A stretch of 64,000 nucleotides of DNA from Octopus sinensis (GCF_006345805.1 NC_043011.1:12288464-12352463); one strand, 5' to 3'. Counted from the first letter of the stretch, positions 38,095-49,797 are shown. Numbers and translations are program-made. Notes: generated from the letters alone by a model not told the origin.

Positions 38095-38580
38095 ATGGAT
38101 TAGGTAGAAGTGGAAATATGCCTTACTTCCCTGGGCATGGACACATTGAAACTCCGACATCTGGCAGCTGACTTGGCAGACACCCATAAAATTATTAACC
38201 ATCTTACAAACAATAACTCTGACCACCTTTTCAAACTCCACCTGTCTAACACCCGTGGACATGTTTACAAAGTCAGAAAACAGCACAGCTCCCATGACTT
38301 TTGGAAACATTTTTTCACGCTCAGAATTGCTGAAGCATGGAACAAACTGCCGGCATCAGTTGTTAGTTGTCGGAGCACTACATCTTTCAAAACTTCCATG
38401 CTTCCTGAGATTCGCTAACACTACACCTGATTTTCTCCCCTCCATACACACGCAAGCATGTATCTGACTCATACACTGTTCGCTTTCCAGACATTTGTAC
38501 ATTACTGTATATACTTTATATGCACTTTTGACAAGTTGTGGTGCACCTGAGCACTATATACAATAATTTCATTATATTAT
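38095..38580 (+). mobile_element. CR1-type LINE 3' fragment
   Basis: ORF 38110-38418: RHLAADLADTHKII..TRGHVYKVRK..FFTLRIAEAWNKLP..SFK, the CR1 ORF2 C-terminal signature. Confidence 0.85.
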
Positions 38581-38776
38581 AATGATCAAATTCAGATCAA
38601 TCTCAACAACTCTTATACTTTATTCTGGATAGGAATAAGTCTCATGTTACAAAAGACTAATTAAGCGTAAAAGATAATAATTACACAATATGCAGTTATG
38701 AAATACAATGTATTTCATGAAAACGCCAGAGTTACAAAGAATTAGTAGTAAAGAATTGAAGAAAAAATATATTTAC

Positions 38777-38849
38777 TTTGCTTGATGCCATATCACTAAC
38801 TGATCGATGTGTCTGAATGGTTTCGAGTTGGTCCAACACCAGTCAAGTT
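38777..38849 (-). pseudogene. Duplicated 3' part of the PDE4 UCR2 exon (pseudo-exon) within a 183/185-bp tandem duplication
   Basis: 38668-38850 repeats 38851-39035 with 2 single-base indels and 1 substitution; the copy keeps the gtaaat donor and gains ttatcttttAG at the junction. Confidence 0.85.
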
Positions 38850-38960
38850 CTAAAAGATAATAATTACACAATATGCAGTTATGAAATACAATGTATTTCA
38901 TGAAAACGCCAGAGTTACAAAGAATTAGTAGTAAAAGAATTGAAGGAAAAATATATTTAC

Positions 38961-39073
38961 TTTGCTTGATGCCATATCACTAACTGATCGATGTGTCTGA
39001 ATGGTTTCGAGTTGGTCCAAACACCAGTCAAGTTCCTCAAGTGTCTCCAAAGCCATTTTGTAGTATGACTCAT
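38961..39073 (-). CDS. PDE4: PDE4 (dunce-like cAMP phosphodiesterase) internal exon, UCR2 N-terminal part, 113 nt, phase 1 to 0
   Basis: Encodes (D)[37 protein letters not shown], the PDE4 UCR2 signature; acceptor ttttcag, donor AAA|gtaaat. Confidence 0.97.
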
Positions 39074-39649
39074 CTGAAAATAAAATATCAAATAATAAAT
39101 AAATTTTCAGCAATCAAGACAAGTTTTTAGTCTGATTTTGATTTCTGTAACTCTGTTTCGGAGATTACATATGCTTAATATACAGCAAACCAAGAATATA
39201 TACAACCAAAATCCCCTTCCTATTTCCATTGCCAGTGAACTTTAAAAAATGTAAATCCTGTAAAATATCAAGGAGAATCAATCTCAACTGAAGGATCACG
39301 AGAAGATCTCTAAAATTAAAGGCCAAACAAATGTTGGAAGACAAGTACCTCGGTGAGAGAACATTATTCTCTATCAAGTTAAATGAATGCCCAATGCTAC
39401 TTTCCTATGGTCAAGAAACTGGAACTTTGATCTGAAAGTGGTTATCAGGTGTATTGTGATATACTTTTCTTGGATCCTAGCAGCCAGTCATTGGCAATAA
39501 AAACAGACATGCTACACTTGTACATCAAATACTGAAATTGAATTCCTACAATATGATTAATTACTGTACCCTTACTGTGTCCTTGCATATTAGGTGAGTA
39601 TTTTAGCAATATATTCACCTTTTAAACAAAAACTGTCTAACACATTTGT

Positions 39650-40041
39650 ATATCTTTTTCAATTGAAACACTCTGAATTATTTTGGAGATTTATTGTTTT
39701 AATAAAATATGGATAATTGCATGGGATGCAGCACGAGAGCATCAGTGTAGAAGGAGAGAATAGTTTCGTAAGGAACAGAGGGAGGAAATTAGGAATAAAA
39801 ATTGCATGAGGATGAGACGGAGAAGAAATGAAATAAGCCAAGAGTGGAAGGAGCGTATCCTATGGGACAGGAGGGAAAGAAATCAACAAAGGATAGAACA
39901 AATGAGCCAGGACCAAAGAGAAGTGTATTTTCAAAATAAGAGAGATGGAGATCAACAGAATCAAGAACACATGGGTGAAGAGCAAAGGCAGCTGAACTTA
40001 GAAAATATGAGAAACAGAGCTAGATCTCTCTTGGCATACTA
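39650..40041 (+). mobile_element. Probable Helitron 5' fragment with a charged repeat-rich ORF start; first ~143 bp repeated at 40370-40512
   Basis: ORF 39806-40042 (EEQRQLNLENMRNRAR-type repeats) resembles Helitron Rep/Hel N-terminal repeats; direct repeat seen in sequence. Confidence 0.35.
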
Positions 40042-40310
40042 GAAGCGGAAAGTGTAATCTTTGAAAGAGCTGTTCTTCACTCCTGCTCCAGAGCGTCGGC
40101 TGCGGGGTCACTCCGAAAAGCTCTATCTGCGATGATTTCATCTCAATTGAAGGAAAGGGGCTTTCTCCATCCGGGTTGCGGATCCGTGGAATAAGCTGCC
40201 GGACGAGATTACATTAACACCCACCTGTACATAACTCCATGTCCCCCTACATGGCCTTGCATTTGCTTTTTGAGCCAAAAAATTAACTAACTTAACTAAC
40301 TAACTAACTA
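40042..40310 (+). mobile_element. CR1-type LINE 3' end (family also at 35197-35405 and 53305-53650)
   Basis: LRGHSEKLYLR*FHLN*RKGAFSIRVADPWNKLPDE, then a shared 3' UTR and (AACT)n tail. Confidence 0.8.
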
Positions 40311-41225
40311 AACCACAAAATCGCACCAGCCAGCATCATCACCACCTCCAAGCCTGTCATATATATATAAATTGAAATATTCTGAATCATTTTGGAGATT
40401 TATTATTTTAATAAAATATGGATAATCGCATGAGGAACGCTGCACGAGAGTATCAGTGTAGAAGGAAAAAATGGTTACGCAAGGAACAGAGGGAGGAAAT
40501 TGGGAATCAAAATCTCAATACCTTATGACAAAGGCAAGGAATTCTGCCTTCTCTGTAATTCTGAACTATTTTCCATTATTTTTTCTAAAAATCCCCTGAT
40601 GTAAACACGGTTATAGAGCATGCATACCGATGTAAACATTGGCAAAAACACACCTTTAGTTCATATAGGTAATCTCTATCATTATATATAGTTTAAACAT
40701 TAATTTTCTTTTTATATTTAACATTCACTAAAAAAATATATTTTCCTAGTTTATAAGGTTTTATGTAATAAACATATAGTCATATACTTCTCATTTATTT
40801 AACTTTTCCTTATTTTATCCCTCCTCTTTCTATAGGATACTTCTGACGTTATATCATATAACGTTTTTTCAAACAATATTAATAATACATATCCATCATT
40901 TCCTGTTAAAATGTCTTATTGGCGAGTTTCATTTCTTCACTTCCCTGAAGAGAAGATTACATTGTTTTACACCATTTTATTCCTTTGGAATAATATCAGT
41001 GAAATCTTCAAAACATGTGGCAGAAGTAAAAGTATTTGAATTACACCTGCAATAAAAATTCCATTTATTTACTTGTATATTATACAAAATATTCCACGTA
41101 AACCTGTAGTTTCTACTTATAAAAACAAGTAATTACAACCTCTTTACTTGTGTGATTTTTTGCTACCCTGGTAACTATTTATCTATTTTTTCTGTGTTAA
41201 TTGTTAACAAGGGTAAAATACACTC

Positions 41226-41265
<40 letters not shown>

Positions 41266-41288
41266 GTGTGTGTGTGTGTGTGTGTGTA

Positions 41289-41760
41289 CTAGCAGAGATA
41301 CCCAGCATTGCCCGTGTCACATGGAATTGAAGAATTAGACTTTTCTTTTATATTTTTCTCTAATGAACTGGAACACCTATGATTTGAATTACACCAAAAT
41401 TGGAGATTAAAAATTTTAATGAGGGTTCTTTACCTCTTTATACACTATAAAAAAATTCTAATCATGACATATTTATCCCATCTTTATGCTCAGATTCCAA
41501 AATCCAAATCTTATAAAACCTATTCAAAGGATTTTGCTCCTGAAAAATGGAGCACATAGAGCTCTAACTTGTGGGAGTTAAGGCCCCTATTAGGGGTGGG
41601 GGGTCTTAAAGTCAACCAGAGAAGTTGAATTGTTGGGAATGTTTTTTTAACTTGTGTCTTATATCTATTGTTCAAATTTCTTTGAAGTTGGAAAAATATG
41701 AATGTTCACTGGGTTTGTAAAAGAGAGCAAAGCTACAGGAAACTAAAAAATGAATGATCA
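41289..41760 (-). mobile_element. Helitron-like fragment (3' end clear, 5' end uncertain)
   Basis: Minus strand ends cgggcaatgctgggtatctctgCTAG|T, the same terminus type as 5795-6178. Confidence 0.45.
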
Positions 41761-42854
41761 CAATAGGCAGTCAGCTACACTACCCTAGTTATTACCATTC
41801 CCTATACAGGTGACCAGTACAGCCATAAGATGCATTCCGGATCTATAGCAATTGGAAGGGCATGACCCAATTGGAATAAACATTAACAACTGTGTGACAT
41901 GAGGGGTAAGGGGAAATGAAAGTGTCCCCTGTGGAGTTTGCCGATGATCACTATGCCGATAGGTAACTGAACAGAATGAATTTGCAATCTATAAATCTCT
42001 TTGAATACCCAAACACTTGGAAAGGCCTTGAAATCAATGTTACCATCTGGAGGCTATCTCTGACCCAATGATAATAAAAAGACTTCAAAGGAGGTCTGCA
42101 ACCAAGCAACTTTAGAAAAGTTCTACTTAGACAATTTAAACTAATCAATAAATATGATCAATCATGTTAAACTGATTGATGTTACTCATCACTCTGCTTG
42201 TACCAGACACCCAAATGGTCAAAATGACACTGTCTCAACTGATGGTACAGACCATCCACAAGGCCAAGCTTTACAGGAAATTGATCAAATGCCTGTTTCA
42301 CTGAAGAGAGTTCGGTTGGGGGTAGGAGCAATGTTGACTGTTTAAAGAAACTGGCTTAAGCAAGCTCTGAGTCTGCTCGTGAATGTTTTATTGATGATTT
42401 CCAGTGATATATTGAAATATTGGGCTCAATAAGCATTTGAGCAGAAGCAGTCCAACATCAATTTGGTTATTGAAGAAGAATTGATGGTTCAAATGCTAAA
42501 ATTTTTTCATCACCCAAGAAACATTAAAAAAATATAGTAAAGACTAAAACTTTAGCATGCTAGATACCACTTCCTCTCTTCTGAACTACCTCTATTGATA
42601 TCCACCCCTCATTCACCCTTTCTCAGTAAATATTCAACTTCAACCACTCTTCTCCTTTGTTCACCTTTCACTACATTTACCCCTACCCTTATCTCTCATC
42701 ATCTATCACTCACCCTCCATACTCTTTACCAATGGAGTGCAAGTCATGTCACTCAAAGAGGAGATTCAAAAGCACATTCAGGGCTTGAATCTTGACAATT
42801 GTAAAAGTTGCTCTAAATAAGTCTGTTGGACCTGGGAAGCAGTAACTAAATATT

Positions 42855-43159
42855 TGTTTGTTCCTTCTCAAACCATGCCTGGCTCATAAGGGCCAGTTTC
42901 CCGGTTTCCTTGGTGTATAAGTTCCCCACCTGGACGGGATGCCAGTCCGTCGCAGGTGAGCTGCAAGATGCAGGAGGAAAGAGTGAGAGAAAGTTGTGGC
43001 GAAGGAGTCAGCAGAAGTTCGCCATTACCTTCTGCCAGAGCCGCATGGAGCTTAGGTGTTTTTCTCTCATAAACACACACATCGCCCGGTCTGTGATTCA
43101 AAACCACGATCCCCAGACCGTGAGTCCGCTGCTCTAATCATTAGGCCATGTGCCTCCAC
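42855..43159 (-). mobile_element. SINE family D, second subfamily
   Basis: Head gtggaggcacatggcctaatgattagagcagcggactc; matches 54776-55066. Confidence 0.85.
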
Positions 43160-43531
43160 AATAATTAAATATGAAGACAATTGCCATGTCACAAAGGCAT
43201 ATCTTCTCCACCACTGAAAATTGGCATCTACTATCCATATGTCATCAGCTGTTTCATTGGTATCCATAGATACTTGCCTGTCCCTGTTTCCTATTCAGAT
43301 ATTAAAAAGATCAAAGAGGAAAAAAAAATCCTTGAGATAATTTAATTATCATTAAAATATCATTTATTATCTCATAAAACATTAATCACCACATTAGTGG
43401 ATCACAATATGCATAGTAGCAGACCAACGCGATAAACAGCAAGCAGGCCTTCTACAATAACACACCCAATGCTGCTAATATAATAATCTCACATAGAAAT
43501 ATACGCATGTGCAAATGAAGAAAGCAAAGGA

Positions 43532-43571
43532 CCACTGATGAGGTCACAGGAGTGTGATGAAAGAACTCTGG
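43532..43571 (+). ncRNA. Same hammerhead family, third copy in a dispersed repeat (43515-43701)
   Basis: CCA-CTGATGA-G-GTCACA-GGAG-TGTGAT-GAAAGAACTC-TGG (G-U at the stem II base). Confidence 0.62.
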
Positions 43572-44029
43572 CCGAAATAAGATTAAGATTAATGTAAAAA
43601 ATAGATAATGCTGAAGCAAGGTAACACCAAATATATAGTGCGTGTGCTTTTATTGGCTAAACTGGCCATTCCAAAACTGACCATTCCAAAATACAACAAT
43701 ATCATTAGATATCTCTATACATAAATTCAAATTCGTTCATGAACTAGAATTCAAGCTCTGTAAAAACTTATGGCATATTTTGAAGCAATACAAGAAAAAA
43801 AAAACGCACTTAAAATTATGTAACATATTTAGTGATATCACTATTTTATGCAGTGATATATAGATATTATCTGCATACATGTTTGGGGTAAATACTGTAT
43901 ATTGAGGAAATAATACATAAATATAGAAATAATTAAAGATATTGGAGGAACTTCTTTTTCTGTCTGGTTTCAAATAAAAGGCTGTGCTCATGGCCTTTGC
44001 AGGCCCTCATTGATCAATGAGATCAATGA

Positions 44030-44300
44030 ATAATTTTCTCCTTTAAATACTGTAAATCAACAGTTGCAGGGAATCAGGTGCAAAGAGGATATTCCAGAGG
44101 ACCAAACTGAGGGAATAAATGACTGGGAGAAGTGGTTGGTGCAGGACCTGAAGGGAATGAAAGAAAATGGGTGATAGGAAGAGAAATCAAGAGTACCTAA
44201 GTAGAGATGGCAAAAGATAAACAACTCCAAAGAATAGTGGCCGTAGTAGTATTAAATAATGCAGAAAGAGGAGAATGTGTGTTTGTGGGGCAAGGATAGG
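44030..44300 (-). mobile_element. Decayed L2/CR1 3' fragment
   Basis: Minus strand RSCTNHFSQSFIP..LWN..FK pattern. Confidence 0.45.
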
Positions 44301-44473
44301 AGTGCACTAGTCATCTCATATATAGAAAAAATCTGTAGTTATTTACAGTCAGTTTATTGGGTCATCACGTACCATGTTAACCATAGTTAGGCCTGTAGTA
44401 ATTTCAGCCCAACCATATAAAATAGAAACTCTTCAATGCTCTAAAAGTTATGTAACCACTTGAAATGTATATA

Positions 44474-45694
44474 TTAGGTCGTCAAGTATGAAATTTGTAG
44501 AAAAGAAAAAAAAGTTTGCTAATGTTTTATAAATACAAAGAATAGTTTTATTCATCAAAGTATGCACCTATATTGTCGATACTCTTTTGCCATTTCAGCA
44601 GTAGCTTGTCCAGCCCGGAATTGTAAAAGCCTGGCAATCTAGAGTTAATAAAATCTTGGAAGGCCTGTTTTACAGCATCATCGGAATTAAATACCTTTCC
44701 TATCAAAAAGTTATCCAAATTTGGGAAGAACTGGTAGTCAGTGGAGGCATGATCAGGTGAGTATGGTGGATGATGGAGAACTTCCAACTCTTGTAGTGTG
44801 TGGTTTGGTGTTGTCTTGCAATAAAATAGGAGTAGATCTGTTGACTAATCTGATGGGGGGGGGGAGTTTCTGCATCATTTGGTCCAGTTAGCTGCAATAT
44901 ACTTCGGCCATGATTGATGAGCCAAGTTTAATGAAATCATAATGGATCACACCTGTGCCAGACCACCAAACACATACCATCAGCTTCTTTTGATGAAGTT
45001 TGCTATTTAGACTGTGTTTTGGTGGCTCGTCTTTGTCCAGCCATTGTGCTGAATGTTTACGGTTGTTGTATTTGATCCATTTCTCATCACATGTTACAAT
45101 TCGATTCAAAAGTGATTCATTTTTGTGACAATAAAGTAGCATAATGCAGGCTTCCAAACGTTGCTGTTTCTGATTTTCATTGAGTTCATGTGGAACCCAC
45201 TTATCCTGTTTTTTCACTTTACCGATTTGAACTAAGTGAGTCAATATTGTTTGCTTGTTAATACTAAACAACAACGATAATTCACGGGTGCTTTGAGATG
45301 GATCTGACTCAAAGGTAGCTTTCTGTTCGTCATTATCCACCTTTATTTCTAGTCGACCGCGTTGCTCATTTGTGAGGTCAAAGTTACCAGAATAATATTT
45401 TGCGAACCAATTTGATTCTGTCTGCTGTGTAATAACATTAGAATGAAATACTCCATTAATATTCCGAGCTGTCTGTGATGCTGTATTTCCAAGAAAGAAC
45501 TCTTTTTCAAAACTATACAAATTTCTAACTTATCCTTCACTAAACAAAAATAGCAAAAAAGGATTTATAAATACTTTATAAAGCTCAAAATGAGCCAGAA
45601 TAATCATTTCAAGATGTTTTTGTTAAATATTGTTATTGTTTTTGTTGAATAAAATTTGTTGAAAAAAAGCCACAATAATTATGCACCAACCCAA
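44474..45694 (-). mobile_element. Decayed mariner (D,D34D-type) transposon
   Basis: Transposase pieces 44888-45520 and 44548-44787 with KWVPHEL, RIVTCDEKWI, LQDNTKPH, HPPYSPD..DYQFF; TA at both ends; end ttgggttggtgcataattattg is a typical mariner TIR. Confidence 0.92.
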
Positions 45695-45718
45695 TATAAT
45701 TACATTGAAATAGGAAAA

Positions 45719-45768
<50 letters not shown>

Positions 45769-46601
45769 GATAGTGGTGGTTACAACAATAGCCATGATGA
45801 CAATCACAACAACAGTTTACCTTTATTTGTTGAAGTCTGAGAATTCTGAGCCTGAGATTGTTGGTAATGTTCTCTTTGTGAACTGTGGGGACCAGTTGAA
45901 GAACCTCTTCTAGTTCTGGAATAAAAAAATCAAAATGTAGACTAAATAATGGCAAATAAAATTTCTATAAAATATTTTGTGGTAAACAAACAAAGAAATA
46001 AACTATAAATGAAACATTCCACAAAATATGAATAAAACATGTAAGATAAAGAAATAACAGAGCAAGATTTTGAGCAGAAAAGGCATGAACCGTTAGGAAG
46101 ATGGATAGTATTAAAATTTTTAAGATACAGTTTTCTCAGTTTATATTAGTATGCAATAAAAAAAAAAAGAAAAAGACAACAACTATGATACTACTCTGAT
46201 AGAAATATTTAATAAGTTAAGTTTTCCTAAGTTACAGTTATAAGAGAAGTGAAATAGCATAGCTTATTGCTATTCTGATTGATTAATTAACGAAGCTGCA
46301 GCAAGTAACATCAGCTCTTTAATTTTATTGATTTCTATTCTGAGAGAGATGTCAGCATCACACCTAATACATTTTTATCGTTTAGTCTTGTATTGAGGGA
46401 AATTTCTAATAAATTTCATAATGGAGGGTAGAATTTTGGGATTTTTTCCGTTTGAACGGCAGTTTTTAACATAATTTCTAGGTAACTAAAAAATCCATAA
46501 CACCATATGTATTATAACCGAAGAGATGGTGTTGTGGATTTCCACCTCGGCATCCGAAACTCAGAGCTTTATCTTGGCTACCGAATAATTGTCACATATT
46601 A

Positions 46602-46642
<41 letters not shown>

Positions 46643-46645
<3 letters not shown>

Positions 46646-47028
46646 TGGCTGTGTGGTAAGTAGCTTGCTAACCAACCACATGGTTTCGGGTTCAGTCCCA
46701 CTGCGTGGCATCTTGGGCAAGTGTCTTCTGCTATAGCCCCGGGCCGACCAATGCCTTGTGAGTGGATTTGGTAGATGGAAACTGAAAGAAGCCTGTCGTA
46801 TATATGTGTATATGTGTGTGTGTTTGTCCCCCTAGCATTGCTTGACAACCGATGCTGGAGTGTTTACGTCCCCGTCACTTAGCGGTTCGGCAAAAGAGAC
46901 CGATAGAATAAGTACTGGGCTTACAAAGAATAAGTCCCTGGGTCGATTTGCTCGACTAAAGGCGGTGCTCCAGCATGGCCACAGTCAAATGACTGAAACA
47001 AGTAAAAGAGTAAAAGAGTAAAAGAGTA
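46643..47028 (+). mobile_element. SINE family A
   Basis: Near full-length match. Confidence 0.9.
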
Positions 47029-47042
47029 ATATATACCTATAT

Positions 47043-47102
<60 letters not shown>

Positions 47103-47386
47103 AATGTAGGATAAAATTTTCTTGAAAAAAAAATTTTATCTATGGCCAGCATATTAAAAAATACCTTTAAAGGTTAAATTATAAACAACTTATAAATAAG
47201 GGCAAACGAAAAAATTTCTAATGCCAAATAGTTCATACTGAGAAATAAATTATATGGTAAATGGACAATATGTCCAATTTTCGGCATATTTAGCATTAGA
47301 AATTTTTTTATTTGCCCTTATTTATAAGTTATATATATATATATATATATAAATATATATACAACAAAAATTAAAATTTTGGACAT

Positions 47387-47447
47387 AGAGTTACCAAAGG
47401 TTTCGTATGCACAAAGCCAAAGTCTTGTGGACAGCTTGTCAGACTCT
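47387..47447 (-). ncRNA. Degenerate type I hammerhead in the inverted Penelope pseudo-LTR (G8A)
   Basis: Reverse complement AGAGT-CTGACAA..TAC-GAAA-CCTTTGGTA^-ACTCT. Confidence 0.55.
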
Positions 47448-48259
47448 CAATACAAAGACAAAAATATTTAAACTTTCTACAATGCAGATGTGAGGAAGTG
47501 CTCAGGTTGTCTCCCCTGAACCAAGGATAAACCAACCCTTATAGACTTGAAAAAGCCTAACCAGCATAATTTACCACTGGCTGCACCCTTATTAACACCG
47601 GCAGCTACATTGCCAACCATGCGACAAGTAGTGATAACCACGACAATAAGGCCACCGGATCATTGTGCCATATCAACTGCATCAGCAACGGTGTTACCCA
47701 CTGCATCCCCAGGCCTGGAGCCTATGAAAGATATACCAGGAGCGCAATTATAGCCACATCCCAAGTTTGTAAACCTGTTGGATCAGCCAGTATGTTTTTC
47801 ACATGTCGCTTCTGCAACCACCAGTCATCTTTCAGAGGCTCAGAAAGACGGTTTGCCACACCCCTGACCTACTATGTGTGGCACCTCAAAGATCAAGGAG
47901 TTCTATGTGATATCATGTGGAAAATAATTGATCATCCAGGCCCATATATCAATGGGCGTGACTGTTGCAAAATCTGCATCACAGACAGAGCCAAAATTCT
48001 TAAGGACTATATTAAACCTGACACATTAATTAGTCATAAAGAAGTTGTTTTTGTTAATGTGTCCACTTCATGTGTTACTTACTGGAAAATTAGATCTCCC
48101 CGTTTGCTGGTTAAGCTTTTTTTGGGTCTATAAAGGTTGTTTTATCCACTGGTTCAGGGGAGGCAACCCGTCCTCAATAATGTTTTTATATGTTAAGACT
48201 TAAATTTCGATTTCTGAGCATTTCCTCACATCTGTGTCATAGAAAGTTTTTTGTCTTGT

Positions 48260-48325
48260 ATAGAGTCTGACAAACTCTTCACAAGGCTTTGGTTTGGTAG
48301 ATATGAAAACCTTTGGTAACTCTAT
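48260..48325 (+). ncRNA. Degenerate type I hammerhead in the Penelope pseudo-LTR (G8A)
   Basis: Stem I ATAGAGT/ACTCTAT, core CTGACAA, GAAAAC-CTTTG-GTA^. Confidence 0.55.
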
Positions 48326-48401
48326 GTCCAAAATTGAAATTCTTGTAATAATTTCTGCTCTATTCTTGAGAGTGTGCTTCTTTTCTGATATATTTGTTAT
48401 T

Positions 48402-48450
<49 letters not shown>

Positions 48451-48732
48451 GGGTGAATACTTGATAAGTGTAAGCACCTGTATATACCAGCTAGTAGCAG
48501 AGGTGAGAGGGTATATGCATCAAATGAAATAAAAACAGAATACAAAGGATGTTGCGGTACACGTGTTTCAAGCTTTATAAAACAACCTATTCTTACATCA
48601 ATGTATGAAGATTTACAAACATACTTTCTTAGTGAAACTCAATATACCCACCATTATAGATAATACCAAATGTACATTTTCGGATTTCATAATTTCATAA
48701 TGTGATGTAAGTCTTTGGTATAGCAATTGCAT

Positions 48733-48825
48733 GCGGCTGAAGAGAGCTTTAAACCATCTGTTATGTCGATTATACATTGATGTAAGAATAGGTTATTTTA
48801 TAAAGCTTGAAACATGTGTATCGCG
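48733..48825 (+). ncRNA. Type I hammerhead fold with intact core and 50-nt stem II loop
   Basis: GCGG-CTGAAGA-GAGCTTTA..TAAAGCTT-GAAA-CATGTGTA^-TCGC; GUA triplet; truncated inverted copy at 48519-48606 has palindromic ACACGTGT stem III. Confidence 0.7.
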
Positions 48826-48857
48826 ACATCCTTTGTGTTCTGTTTTTTTATTTCATT

Positions 48858-48913
<56 letters not shown>

Positions 48914-49458
48914 AAATGAATAGAAATAGCTTTTCTGATAATTTTTCCTCTTCAATAATTTGATGTTTATAAATTATTAGCTGTTTACAAATTGCTTAAA
49001 AGCAATTTTGAAACTGACATTTTGGAGTTTGTTATCCACTGTATAGGTAGGGCTATTGAACAATGAACACAGACACACACACACATGTATATAGACATAT
49101 ACATATGTATACAGACACACACACACATCAATGCACACTTCCTCTTCCATTCATACACATACATACGCGTGTATGTATGTAAAAAAAGAAGAAAAGAAAA
49201 ATGAAGTAGATCAAAAATAAAATAATATTATAGGTTGGTCAGTTTTAAGTCGAAATGGTGTCATAATGATGTCATAATGCTAAGTAGAAGCACACATACC
49301 TACATAGATACATATAAATGTGTGTGAGTGTGTGTGTGTGTGTGTGTACACAACATGTTAAATGATGACAATGGGTCTTGAAAAGGTCATATTACCACTG
49401 AGAAACACACAGATTAGTCCTAATTCTCTTATCTTTATAATTATTACTCAACTAGTTT

Positions 49459-49797
49459 GCGTCCCCAAAGTCCATGCCCTCCTCACCAGGGTGGGGACGC
49501 TGGCAACAGGTAGTGTCAGAGCTATGCCGTCGGGAACTTTGGTTCCTGGTAGGGCCACCCAAGGCGGATTGGGCTCTGGTGAAAATCTTCGGAGTGTCTG
49601 TTTCGGCAACTGGCGGCTCCTCGGTCGTTCTGTCCCTGCGTCTGCGGACAATCTGCAGCAAACAGGATGTTTCCACATGCGGGATTGTTGGGGACCGCTT
49701 GTGAAATCCACATATTCCCACAAAACTTCTTCCAAGTAGAAGAAGCCGACTCAACCCACCCAGGGTGAATGTCGCCACAAGTACAAGTACAAGTAAC
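49459..49797 (+). mobile_element. GC-rich element resembling an RTE/Expander 5' UTR, with (ACAAGT)n tail
   Basis: gagctatgccgtcggg..cctggtagggccacccaaggc resembles Rex3/Expander-type UTRs (from memory, not aligned). Confidence 0.4.

Larger units (their letters stand above)
47375..48335 (+). mobile_element. Penelope-like element remnant: GIY-YIG endonuclease C-terminal fragment between inverted pseudo-LTRs
   Basis: ORF 47663-48133 has RFCNHQSSFR..LTYYVWHLKDQG..IMWKIID..PYING..CKIC, the PLE GIY-YIG tail; 47375-47565 and 48106-48335 are inverted copies. Confidence 0.8.

Noticed and set aside
39130-39170. Minus-strand CGAAACAGAGTT motif as a hammerhead half
   Set aside because: No CUGANGA upstream.
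42154-42345. 63-aa plus-strand ORF in a non-repeat-looking stretch
   Set aside because: No recognisable domain or splice support; cannot be assigned without a search.
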